DNA of 20,079 bases, taken from positions 1-20,079 of the forward strand of contig CBFGIT010000043.1 in NCBI GenBank assembly GCA_965648905.1. Reading direction: 5' to 3'. The position numbers and the translations under genes were made by a program. Source of the DNA: a candidate division WOR-3 bacterium. GTDB taxonomy: Bacteria; Hydrothermota; Tepidihabitantia; Tepidihabitantales; Tepidihabitantaceae. Under the pieces are notes generated by a model. That model did not search any database. It saw only the letters and a program-made list of their open reading frames with translations, and was not told the origin of the DNA. The number at the start of each line of letters is the position of its first letter. Positions within the stretch are counted from its first letter, which is position 1. Below, piece after piece: positions 7,639 through 15,088 of the stretch.

Positions 7639-10600
7639 CTAGTGAATCACCAGCTTCTGTGTCGCAGTGCGGCCGCCCGCGCTCAACTGCAGGGTGTAGA
7701 CTCCGGCACTCAAGCCGCGCAGGTCAAGCAGCAATGACGAATTCCCAATGACGAATGACAAATGCCGGACGCAGCGACCCGAGACATCGAGGACGCTGAC
7801 CTTCACTGGGCCGCTCGACCACCGGGCTGCTTGACCGTCCAGCCTGGTTGTCACGAAGCCGGCTCTCAGCGGGTTCGGGAGGATTGACAATCGCAGATGG
7901 CCGACCGCAAGTGACGAAGTGGACACTCCTGAACCGCCAACTGTGAGGAGACCACGAGCACCTGCCAACGGCACGTATTGCCAGAACTCCAGAGTCTTGT
8001 TGCCTTTGAGCGCATACAGGCAGTCACGGGTGCTGACCATGTCGGCTCCAGCCTTGACCTTCTTGTTCTTACCTGAGCTGCCCAGCAGCGGCAGCGGTTC
8101 GGCCTCGTGCCACGAGTCGAGGTCGACATCGTACTGCCAGAACTCCTGCGTGTTGCCGCCTTTCAAGGCATAGATGTAGTCACCCAGTGACGCGGCGCAC
8201 CCGCCGTCTTTCGACTTCTTGCTCTTGCCTGTGGAGCCGAGGAACGGCATGCCGGCAAGTTGACCCGAAAGCCAGGTGTCGGCCTCGGTGTCGAACACGA
8301 ACAGCTCGTGGTACTTGGCTTTGTGGCAGTAGATGACACGTGGACCCTGGCGGGGCAGCCGCCGTTCCACCAGCCACGAACCCTTGTCGTACTTGGCCTT
8401 GCCACTGATTCCGGCTGGTGCGTCCGGCATCGCGGACCAGGAGTCTCCGCTAATGTCGTAGCGCCAGAACTCATTCCTGCCGCCCTTGAGCAGATAGAGG
8501 TAGTCAGGTTCCTGACCCTGGTTGTTGACAAACACGATGTCCGACCCGCCTTTGACCTTCTTATTGGTTGTGCCGAGCGGAATGTCGGCCATCTGAAACC
8601 AGGAGTCCTGGCCCGGGTCATAGCGCCAGAAACCCTGAGTGTTGTTGCCCTTAACCGCATAGACGTACCGGCCGACCACACCAACCGCGCCTTTGCCCGG
8701 AACTTTGCCTTCGCGTCCCAGGGGAATCCGGGCAAGGGTCTGCCAGGTGTCCCCTGCTACAACGTATCGGTAGAAGTCCGGGGTCTTGTTGCCTTTGGCC
8801 GCGTAGATGTAGTCGCCATCGTCGGCCAGCCAGGCGCCGTCTTTTGCCGCTTTGCCCGAAGGCAGCAGCGGCATTGAACTCTTCTCATGCCAGCCGGGCT
8901 GAACCGGCGGCGTGGCAACGAATCTGAACGTGCCACTGATGACGTCGTTGGCTGGGTTGCCGTCACCGGAGAGGTAGACTGAGCAACGGGTCGCGTAAGT
9001 GCCCTCGAAGTGCGGCTTTGGCTTCTGGTCGAACGTGACCGGGGTCGAAGCGCCGGGCGCGAGGTCCGTGACTGTGCGGCTGCTTGAGTAGATGCGGGTG
9101 CCGGCCGAATCGATGAAGAACCAAGCGCCGAACGTTGCGGCAAACGAACCGTTGTTGCGCACTGTGGCCGCGGGTGTGACCGTCGCACCGGTGTCGACGT
9201 TCCCGGTCGGGGCGTTGATTGACCGTGCTTCGACGTCGAACGTACCGGAAACAAAGCTGCCGCGCACCGTGTCGTTGGCACGGACCTGGTCACTCCCAAG
9301 CGCGGTCCAGAATGCGGTTTGGAACACGCCTGCGCCGGCATTGTAGGAGTTGAACCGGACCAGAGTGTCGCCGTTCCAGCCCGCGAGGTTGACGCTGTCG
9401 AGCCAGACCCGGGTCGGACCCTGCCAGACTCCGAAATAGGCCCTGGTCGGCTCGACCGTGTTACCGTAGTTGGTCATGGTGCAGGCTGGTGTTACCGGGC
9501 CAGGGGTAATCGTCCCGGTTGGTGCAACAATCATACGCGCGCCGACGTCATGTACCGCAACCATCACGCTGTCGCGCCTGCGGTTGTTCGACGGTCGTGG
9601 GTCCTCAAGCTCGGTCGAGCACGACACGGCGAACCAGCCGCGACCGGTCGCGGTCCAGTTCGGGAAGGTGACGTAGACCGACGTACCCTGAGCGTGATTA
9701 TTGACCGTCGCGGTCTCATTGTAGCCGCTGCCGACTTTCATCCGAACCAGGTAACTCGCTGCGGTAGTATCGCCGTAGTTGTAGACCGAGCAGGCCGGTA
9801 CCACGCTCGTGCCTGAGTCGACCGCACCGACCGGCGCACCAATCCAGGAACACCCGACATCAGCCTGCTTCATCATCACGCCGCGCTTGTAGTAGATTTC
9901 GCTGTTGCCGTCCCGGTAGTCAGACCAGACTACGTGGACTTCACCGGTACTGCTCGCGGCAACTGAAGGCCTCTCCTTGGTGCCGCTCGTATCGGTAAGA
10001 CTGACCGGTTCGTTCCAAGTTCCGGCCGGGGTCCGTTCGCGGTAACGAATCTGCGGCATTGACTCGGTTGGCGAGCGCGGCACATAGACTTTCCAGACCG
10101 CATGGCCGGTGCCATTCAGGCTGAAGGCAATCTGGGTCTCAGCCGGAGCACCGTAGAAAGCGGTGTCCGAGACCGTATCGGCAGACCAGGACGTCGTTTT
10201 CCAGGCATGGACGATACGGTAGACGTAGTTGAGGCCACTTATTGCCGCGTCGCCCTGCCAGATGATGTGCGGCTGATTGGTGGCCGGGTCACAGGCGATG
10301 CACTGGTACATCTGATGCCGGCCACCGGTGCCGGACGGGTTCTCGATTGAGCCCCAGACTCCGCTGATGCGGGCAATGTAGTATATCTTGTAGTAGCCGG
10401 AACTTGGGTAGCCATAGAACGCCACGTGCACGTTGTTGTCGCGCGAACCAGCCACCGAAGGGTAAGCCGTGTAGCTGAAACTGGTGACGATGCTCTGCTG
10501 GGTGAGCCACGCTGAGCCGTTCCACTCCCGGTAGTTGATCGCCTGGCCCTGCTTCCAGACCACATGGACATGGTTGTCCGGAGTGGCTGCAACGCTGGGG

Positions 10601-11115
10601 CACGCGACAACCCCTGTGCCCGAAGAAATCAAGGTCGAAGCTGTGTCCCAGCCGCCGTTACCTGAACCTGTAGGCACGCACGTCTTGCAGTAGATGTTTG
10701 CTTCGGCGCTTGAGTTCGGCCCGCTCCCCCAGACGAGAAAGACCCGGCCGGTCGAGTCGACCGCAAGTGAAGCATACTTGTTATAGGTGCCGGCACTGTA
10801 AAGGTCTGCCGAAATCATCGTGTCTGCGGTCCACCCAGTGCCGGGAATGTAGCGCTTGTAGTACACCTGCATGTTGTACGTGCCCAGCCCTGAGTTCTGC
10901 ACATGCCAGGCAACATGAACCATGCCGTTCGGCCCCTGTACCACGCGCCGCTGGCTGGTCCAGTAGGTATAGTCCGGGTAGGTGTTGTTGGTTAGGCGCG
11001 TATCCGGGCCCCAGATTGCGTCCACCGGCAGAGATGACGTTTCGGTCGTGATGTTAGCGCCCGCAAGCAGCGGGGCGCATGCAAGTATGATGCCGACAAG
11101 TACGGACAATCTCAT
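7639..11115 (-). CDS. large secreted protein, paralog of 3140-7498: N-terminal beta-propeller, 3 CARDB/Ig-like repeats, Kelch-like propeller, T9SS-type-A-like CTD
   Basis: Start placed at ATG 11115 (MRLSVLVGIILACAPLLAG signal peptide, AAGGAG RBS). Repeated PSVA..HVVW-type blades; repeats start ADVG, HDVG, FDVE; same YALKGGNTQEFW blades and CTD as the paralog. Confidence 0.85.
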   Translation of the reverse strand: MRLSVLVGIILACAPLLAGANITTETSSLPVDAIWGPDTRLTNNTYPDYTYWTSQRRVVQGPNGMVHVAWHVQNSGLGTYNMQVYYKRYIPGTGWTADTMISADLYSAGTYNKYASLAVDSTGRVFLVWGSGPNSSAEANIYCKTCVPTGSGNGGWDTASTLISSGTGVVACPSVAATPDNHVHVVWKQGQAINYREWNGSAWLTQQSIVTSFSYTAYPSVAGSRDNNVHVAFYGYPSSGYYKIYYIARISGVWGSIENPSGTGGRHQMYQCIACDPATNQPHIIWQGDAAISGLNYVYRIVHAWKTTSWSADTVSDTAFYGAPAETQIAFSLNGTGHAVWKVYVPRSPTESMPQIRYRERTPAGTWNEPVSLTDTSGTKERPSVAASSTGEVHVVWSDYRDGNSEIYYKRGVMMKQADVGCSWIGAPVGAVDSGTSVVPACSVYNYGDTTAASYLVRMKVGSGYNETATVNNHAQGTSVYVTFPNWTATGRGWFAVSCSTELEDPRPSNNRRRDSVMVAVHDVGARMIVAPTGTITPGPVTPACTMTNYGNTVEPTRAYFGVWQGPTRVWLDSVNLAGWNGDTLVRFNSYNAGAGVFQTAFWTALGSDQVRANDTVRGSFVSGTFDVEARSINAPTGNVDTGATVTPAATVRNNGSFAATFGAWFFIDSAGTRIYSSSRTVTDLAPGASTPVTFDQKPKPHFEGTYATRCSVYLSGDGNPANDVISGTFRFVATPPVQPGWHEKSSMPLLPSGKAAKDGAWLADDGDYIYAAKGNKTPDFYRYVVAGDTWQTLARIPLGREGKVPGKGAVGVVGRYVYAVKGNNTQGFWRYDPGQDSWFQMADIPLGTTNKKVKGGSDIVFVNNQGQEPDYLYLLKGGRNEFWRYDISGDSWSAMPDAPAGISGKAKYDKGSWLVERRLPRQGPRVIYCHKAKYHELFVFDTEADTWLSGQLAGMPFLGSTGKSKKSKDGGCAASLGDYIYALKGGNTQEFWQYDVDLDSWHEAEPLPLLGSSGKNKKVKAGADMVSTRDCLYALKGNKTLEFWQYVPLAGARGLLTVGGSGVSTSSLAVGHLRLSILPNPLRAGFVTTRLDGQAARWSSGPVKVSVLDVSGRCVRHLSFVIGNSSLLLDLRGLSAGVYTLQLSAGGRTATQKLVIH
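7716..7817. repeat. 102-bp exact direct repeat, copy 2 (CTD coding region)
   Basis: Identical to 3220-3321. Confidence 0.9.
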
Positions 11116-11272
11116 GACTTTACTCCTTAGAGTCAGGGCGATTGCCTGCTGCTTCGCACCCGTCTGCCCTGTGAGACGTGCGCGAGTGCCAAACCCCACC
11201 GCCTTCCCACCAGCATAATATGATGCCCTCGATGGGGTCTTGCGTCAAGTTCCGGCCTGTTCGCCCGTCTGG

Positions 11273-13246
11273 TTAACGCTGAATGACGAGCTTCTGGGTG
11301 ACGGTGCGGCCGCCCGCAGTCAGCAGGATATTGTAGACTCCGGCGCTCAGGCCACGCAGGTCAAGCAGCAGGGAGGATGTCCGAATGAAGAATGACGAAT
11401 GCCGGACGAGGCGACCCGACACATCGACGATGCTGACCTTCGCCGGTTCTATTGACATCGGGCAGCTCACACTGAGCGTCGTGAAGCTGGCACGCACCGG
11501 ATTAGGCTGAAGCCTGAGCTGCGGCAACATCAGACCGGCTTCGTGCTCGATAGCGCCGGTGCGGGCTGAGCCGACATAGCTGACCGCATCGAGCAGGCAA
11601 TCTGAGGTCTCGGTCACCCTGAGATAGCGGGCGCTGTCCAGTCCGGTCGCACCGAGGTCGAAAGACTGTGTGTTCGTGCCCGAGCCGAGGTTGGTCCAGG
11701 GCCCGAACGGCTCGTTTGCCACCATGACCGAATAAGTGCCGGTGGCATGGACCGTGATATCGTTGCCCGGTCGGTTCTGACACGGCACTGCCGGGTCGAG
11801 GAGCAGCTCGACGTTGCCCGGGCCGATGCGGTAGGTACGGCCGTCCGGCTCACCCAGAGCATCAGGCGGAACACCGGGCAGGACATGGCTGTCATCGGTG
11901 CGCCTGACCGTGGAAATGAGCTGGGCGAAGTTGGGCGGTTCCTGCAGCGGCCGGCTCATCGGTACGTCGAGCACGGCCGCACCGGTATCGGGTACGACTA
12001 CACTGGCGAAAGTCCTCTGGTTGTAGCCATTCGATGAGACCCGCACCGTATAGACCCCGGGCGCGAGCATTTTGTAGAACCCGCCGGTCCCAGGGTTGGC
12101 ATACGCGTTCCAGCGCTGGGGACTTGTGAACTCGATACGGGCGAAAAGCGGTGCGCGTGTTGCGGAATCGTACACCAGGCCGCGGACTCCCCAGCCTGCC
12201 ATCGTACTCATATCCAAGAGCGCCCGCCGGTTCGCAGTGCAGATGGAATCAATCCTTACCCGATTGGAGCTCGGCTGCTGGGTTTCGATAGTCCAGGCCA
12301 TGCCGCCCAGAGCACCGAGCGTGTAGTCCTGGCATGAGCCATGAACCTCATACCAGTTGTAGCCGTTGATCGGCACGAGCCGGGTCAGACTTGAACCATA
12401 GGTCGAGTCGGCATAGCGCTGGGACAGCGCAACAATCCAGCCCGAATCCGGCGGGTCAATCGGCGTGTGGTCCCAGGCGTAGTTGACATAGCTCGCGGTC
12501 GAATGGTACGCGTACTCAAGCGTGGGAAAATGCGCCAAACCGTGCCGCAGGAGCGCTCTGGTCTCCGGCTGCCGGAACGGCGAGGAATACACCTTCCATT
12601 CATAGCCATAGTCCCGGTTCAGGTCAACGCCGGCACCGTTGTAGCGCGAGTTGCTCACGTGGCCGTCCGGGTTGAAGATCGGAATTACCCAGAATTCGCG
12701 GCTGTCAACCAGTGCGCGCACCTGACCGTTCGAGCTGTAGTTGTCAATGAGGTATTGCACGAATGCAAGCGAAACCTCGGTTGATATCTTCTCGTTGCCG
12801 TGGTGTGCACCGATAATGCGCACGCAGGGCCGGTCAGATTCGACCTGCGGGTTAGCGGTGACCTTCATCGCCGGTATCGGCCGGTTGCCGGCAGAATACC
12901 CGAGCGTCTCAAGCCGGCAGATGTCCGGGTGCGCCAGTGCCTGCGCGGTCAGGACGCTGCATACCTGAGCGTAGGTATGGTAGTCGACCAGATCGGCGGT
13001 CAGTTCTCGATAGTCCTTGGCCAGCACAGTAACGCGATAGCCCAGGCCCTGCACTCGCGCGATGGCCGCGTCATCACCATAGGCGTCGACGTACCGATCG
13101 GCCGCGTCGGTGATTGTGAGCCCGGGCAGGCGGGCGAGCGCGTACACTGCGTCATGGTTCGGTACTGCGATGCGGATAGCCCGCTCGACCGGCAGGCGTT
13201 CAGGCCCGGTAGTGGCAAGCACCAACAGCAGAATGGCGTTCATCAT
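11273..13246 (-). CDS. secreted M14 zinc carboxypeptidase with carboxypeptidase-regulatory-like domain, extra beta domain and T9SS-type-A-like CTD
   Basis: HGNE (HxxE) zinc motif, NPDG, RYNGAGVDLNRDY, QPET, third ligand in YHS, catalytic E in WTIET; GVRGLVYDSATRAPL domain; CTD VDVSGRLVR...LSAGVY...TQKLVIQR. Confidence 0.9.
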   Translation of the reverse strand: MMNAILLLVLATTGPERLPVERAIRIAVPNHDAVYALARLPGLTITDAADRYVDAYGDDAAIARVQGLGYRVTVLAKDYRELTADLVDYHTYAQVCSVLTAQALAHPDICRLETLGYSAGNRPIPAMKVTANPQVESDRPCVRIIGAHHGNEKISTEVSLAFVQYLIDNYSSNGQVRALVDSREFWVIPIFNPDGHVSNSRYNGAGVDLNRDYGYEWKVYSSPFRQPETRALLRHGLAHFPTLEYAYHSTASYVNYAWDHTPIDPPDSGWIVALSQRYADSTYGSSLTRLVPINGYNWYEVHGSCQDYTLGALGGMAWTIETQQPSSNRVRIDSICTANRRALLDMSTMAGWGVRGLVYDSATRAPLFARIEFTSPQRWNAYANPGTGGFYKMLAPGVYTVRVSSNGYNQRTFASVVVPDTGAAVLDVPMSRPLQEPPNFAQLISTVRRTDDSHVLPGVPPDALGEPDGRTYRIGPGNVELLLDPAVPCQNRPGNDITVHATGTYSVMVANEPFGPWTNLGSGTNTQSFDLGATGLDSARYLRVTETSDCLLDAVSYVGSARTGAIEHEAGLMLPQLRLQPNPVRASFTTLSVSCPMSIEPAKVSIVDVSGRLVRHSSFFIRTSSLLLDLRGLSAGVYNILLTAGGRTVTQKLVIQR

Positions 13247-13258
13247 TGGCAGGCTCTA

Positions 13259-13267
13259 ATGATACCA
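13259..13267 (-). promoter_or_regulatory. possible extended -10 promoter (TGG-TATCAT) for the carboxypeptidase
   Basis: Minus strand TGGTATCAT ends 12 nt before ATG 13246; no clear -35 or Shine-Dalgarno. Confidence 0.4.
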
Positions 13268-13450
13268 GGGTTCCCTGCCCTGCACCAGACCGGCAGACGG
13301 CCCGCGGCGATTCTGCCCGCCTGTCGTCCTTGTCACGCCGACGCCTCGGGCTCCACCCCGGTCATGTCCTGCGGCCGGGCTGGTCGGACAGGGAATTCCG
13401 GCGACGCACAACCAAGTTGAAAACTCCCTGGGCTTTGAGCCGGGCTGCTG

Positions 13451-13714
13451 GTCGTGCCTTGTGAAGCGCTGGTGGCTGTCATGCCTGAAGTGCCGGAGGT
13501 CGTGCTGAGAGAAGCGCCGCGTGAAGTCGCGTCAGTCGTGCCGGCCAGTGTCACCAGACTCTTGCCGACACCAATGCCGCGCCAAGTGCTGACTGGCTGG
13601 ACTTCTCAGATTCCGTCGGACATGTCATCTGAGGTGCCGAGACCGTCGAGTCGAACAAGCACGCTGGTCGTCCAGGCTGGAGTAACAATAGGAGTGCTTC
13701 AGGGAACTGCCTAC
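13451..13714. repeat. degenerate 12-bp-period array A (~22 units, loose consensus GNNGTGCCGNNN)
   Basis: In-phase units include gtcgtgccttgt, gaagcgctggtg, gaagtgccggag, gtcgtgctgaga, gaagcgccgcgt, gtcgtgccggcc, ctcttgccgaca, ccaatgccgcgc, caagtgctgact, gaggtgccgaga, ggagtgcttcag. Confidence 0.65.
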
Positions 13715-13725
13715 TGGGCATGCCT

Positions 13726-14023
13726 GATGAACGGGGACGCTACCCATTTGGGCAATAATATTGTCGGGATTTGTTCACAGTTTCTGTTGATGAACACCTG
13801 GATTGCAGGTGACGGTTTGGTGTAGCCGCAGATAGACGGTGACGCGCAGTTGCATCGAGTTCGGGTCGTTGACCGTCCCGATCGCCTGTCGGATGAACGG
13901 GGACGCTACCCATTTAGGCAATAATGTTGTCAATAGCACGCGACTTCGACTTCTGCCGGCCGGGTTTGTTCGCGCAGGCCTGAGGGTAATCGCGGACGCT
14001 ACACATTTGTGACTTATGTTGTC
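13726..14023. repeat. three direct repeats (13726-13765, 13892-13931, 13994-14023) with core GGACGCTACMCATTT-N5/6-TWATRTTGTC
   Basis: Copies 1 and 2 are 38/40 identical (gatgaacggggacgctacccatttRggcaataatRttgtc). Copy 3 is ggacgctacacatttgtgacttatgttgtc. Core spacing is 166 and 93 bp with unique sequence between. Confidence 0.85.
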
Positions 14024-14116
14024 GATATGACGCCGTGGTCGTGAGACATGAGGCGAAGCCGGCTTGACCCACCCGAGTTCCGCAACGTGAAGAAGGCGGC
14101 GTTGATGAGATAGCCG

Positions 14117-14158
14117 GCAGTAGACGGAAGACAGTGGACAGCACACAGGATACAGGGC
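14117..14158. repeat. degenerate heptamer tandem array (6 x 7 bp)
   Basis: gcagtag acggaag acagtgg acagcac acaggat acagggc. Confidence 0.6.
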
Positions 14159-14316
14159 AGGGCGGCGAGAAGAAACTCGCTGCCCTGCTCCTTGAGGACC
14201 TCCAGACCGTGCTTGAGGCCCACATCGCTCACTGCCGGTGGCTCAAGAGCTTGAGACGTCATGGGTTGTCTGATTTGATAGGGCTTGAGAATGACGAATG
14301 GAAGCCCGCGAACTGA
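14134..14316 (+). CDS. possible small hypothetical protein or gene remnant (60 aa)
   Basis: Amphipathic-looking core KKLAALLLEDLQTVLEAHIAHCRWLKSLRRHGLSDLIG. The start lies inside the heptamer array and I recognise no family. Confidence 0.3.
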   Translation: MDSTQDTGQGGEKKLAALLLEDLQTVLEAHIAHCRWLKSLRRHGLSDLIGLENDEWKPAN

Positions 14317-14334
14317 GGGCGAGCCATGTCTCCC

Positions 14335-14354
14335 ATGATAGTAATTACTATCAT
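14335..14354. promoter_or_regulatory. perfect 20-bp AT-rich palindrome ATGATAGTAATTACTATCAT (putative protein-binding or recombination site)
   Basis: Exact dyad, extending to 26 bp (14332-14357) with one mismatched pair. Confidence 0.6.
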
Positions 14355-14475
14355 AGGCCGATGATACTGGAATCAAACTAAGTCGTTGTGGGTCAAATGG
14401 ATGCACTTCGGGGCGATGTAGATACTCCCCGGTCCCCCAAGTAGTATCAGGATGTGCGATTGCAGGTATGTTTGG

Positions 14476-14715
14476 GCTGGCGTGTGCGCTGGTCTTACCG
14501 CGTGTGGTTGCTCTGGCGTTGTCGCATGCGTTGCCTCTGGTTATGCCTTACGTGCTGGCGCGCGTGATGCCGCGGGCAGAAGCTCGGGCAGCAGCTTGAG
14601 CACATTGCCGGGCAGTTGGTTCGGCTGGCGGCTGCGCGTTCAAGTCGGCTGTCAAGGCGCTGGCCGCACTTCTGCGTTGAGCGATGCGCGCAACGGATGC
14701 CAAGGCAATGCGTTC
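14476..14715. repeat. degenerate 12-bp-period array B
   Basis: Consecutive units gctggcgtgtgc, gctggtcttacc, gcgtgtggttgc, tctggcgttgtc, gcatgcgttgcc, tctggttatgcc, ttacgtgctggc, gcgcgtgatgcc, gcgggcagaagc, tcgggcagcagc, ttgagcacattg, ccgggcagttgg; decays rightwards. Confidence 0.6.
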
Positions 14716-14721
14716 CTTAGT

Positions 14722-14749
14722 TTGACGTCGGGGAAGGCCGCGCTAGAAT
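14722..14749 (+). promoter_or_regulatory. sigma70-type promoter TTGACG-N16-TAGAAT for the oxidoreductase operon
   Basis: TTGACG 14722-14727, TAGAAT 14744-14749, 63 nt before GTG 14813. Confidence 0.7.
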
Positions 14750-14812
14750 TGGGTTCCTTCAGTCGATGACCAGATATCAATCGTTTGCTGCCAATCAGTC
14801 CGGGGCCGCGTA

Positions 14813-15088
14813 GTGAAAAAGTTCCTGCGCGAGCCGCCGGTGACCGTGGTGACGCCGAAAGGGCACCGGTTCACCATCATCCGTCAGTTCTGTAAGGGCT
14901 GCCGGATTTGCGTGGAGTTCTGCCCGACCAAGACCCTGGAGTTGGACGACCGGTTCAAGGTCAGAGTAGCCCACCCGGAGAGGTGCATCGGTTGCCGGAT
15001 GTGCGAGCTGCGGTGTCCGGACATGGCGATATTCGTGGAGAAAGGTACAAAGCAGCCGGCTGAGACGGAGCCGGTGACGAGCACATGA
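14813..15088 (+). CDS. korD: 2x[4Fe-4S] ferredoxin, delta subunit of 2-oxoacid:ferredoxin oxidoreductase
   Basis: CKGCRICVEFCP and CIGCRMCELRCPD motifs; ATGA overlap with the alpha subunit. Confidence 0.85.
   Translation: MKKFLREPPVTVVTPKGHRFTIIRQFCKGCRICVEFCPTKTLELDDRFKVRVAHPERCIGCRMCELRCPDMAIFVEKGTKQPAETEPVTST

Noticed and set aside
3220..7817. DGR template/variable repeat pair
   Set aside because: The core copies are identical, flanking mismatches are not adenine-specific, both copies are coding, and there is no reverse transcriptase in the window.
11140..11195. c-di-GMP-I riboswitch in the leader of the 7639-11115 gene (CACAGGGCAGAC...GGGTGCGAAGC)
   Set aside because: It lacks the GAAA-capped stem and the second hairpin; it is only a simple hairpin.
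2932..13895. 12-bp match gcctgtcggatg at the tRNA 3' end (2932-2943) and at 13884-13895 as attL/attR of an island
   Set aside because: The second copy is upstream of the tRNA and includes only 2 tRNA bases; 12-bp matches are expected by chance in 20 kb of GC-rich DNA; no integrase is present.
13726..14023. CRISPR array
   Set aside because: Only three repeats, spacers of 126 and 62 bp, and no cas genes in the window.
14335..14354. Fur box
   Set aside because: Half-sites are arranged 7-4-7, not the 7-1-7 of Fur, and the site is far from the predicted promoter.
13454..14769. ORFs 13454-13825, 13333-13554, 13775-14146, 13914-14225, 14014-14406 and 14452-14769 as genes
   Set aside because: They overlap each other, have low-complexity or atypical composition, and are explained by stop-poor repeats; no recognisable motifs.
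13250..14810. oriC at the divergent strand switch
   Set aside because: I found no TTATCCACA-type DnaA boxes or extended AT-rich unwinding element, and no dnaA/dnaN context.
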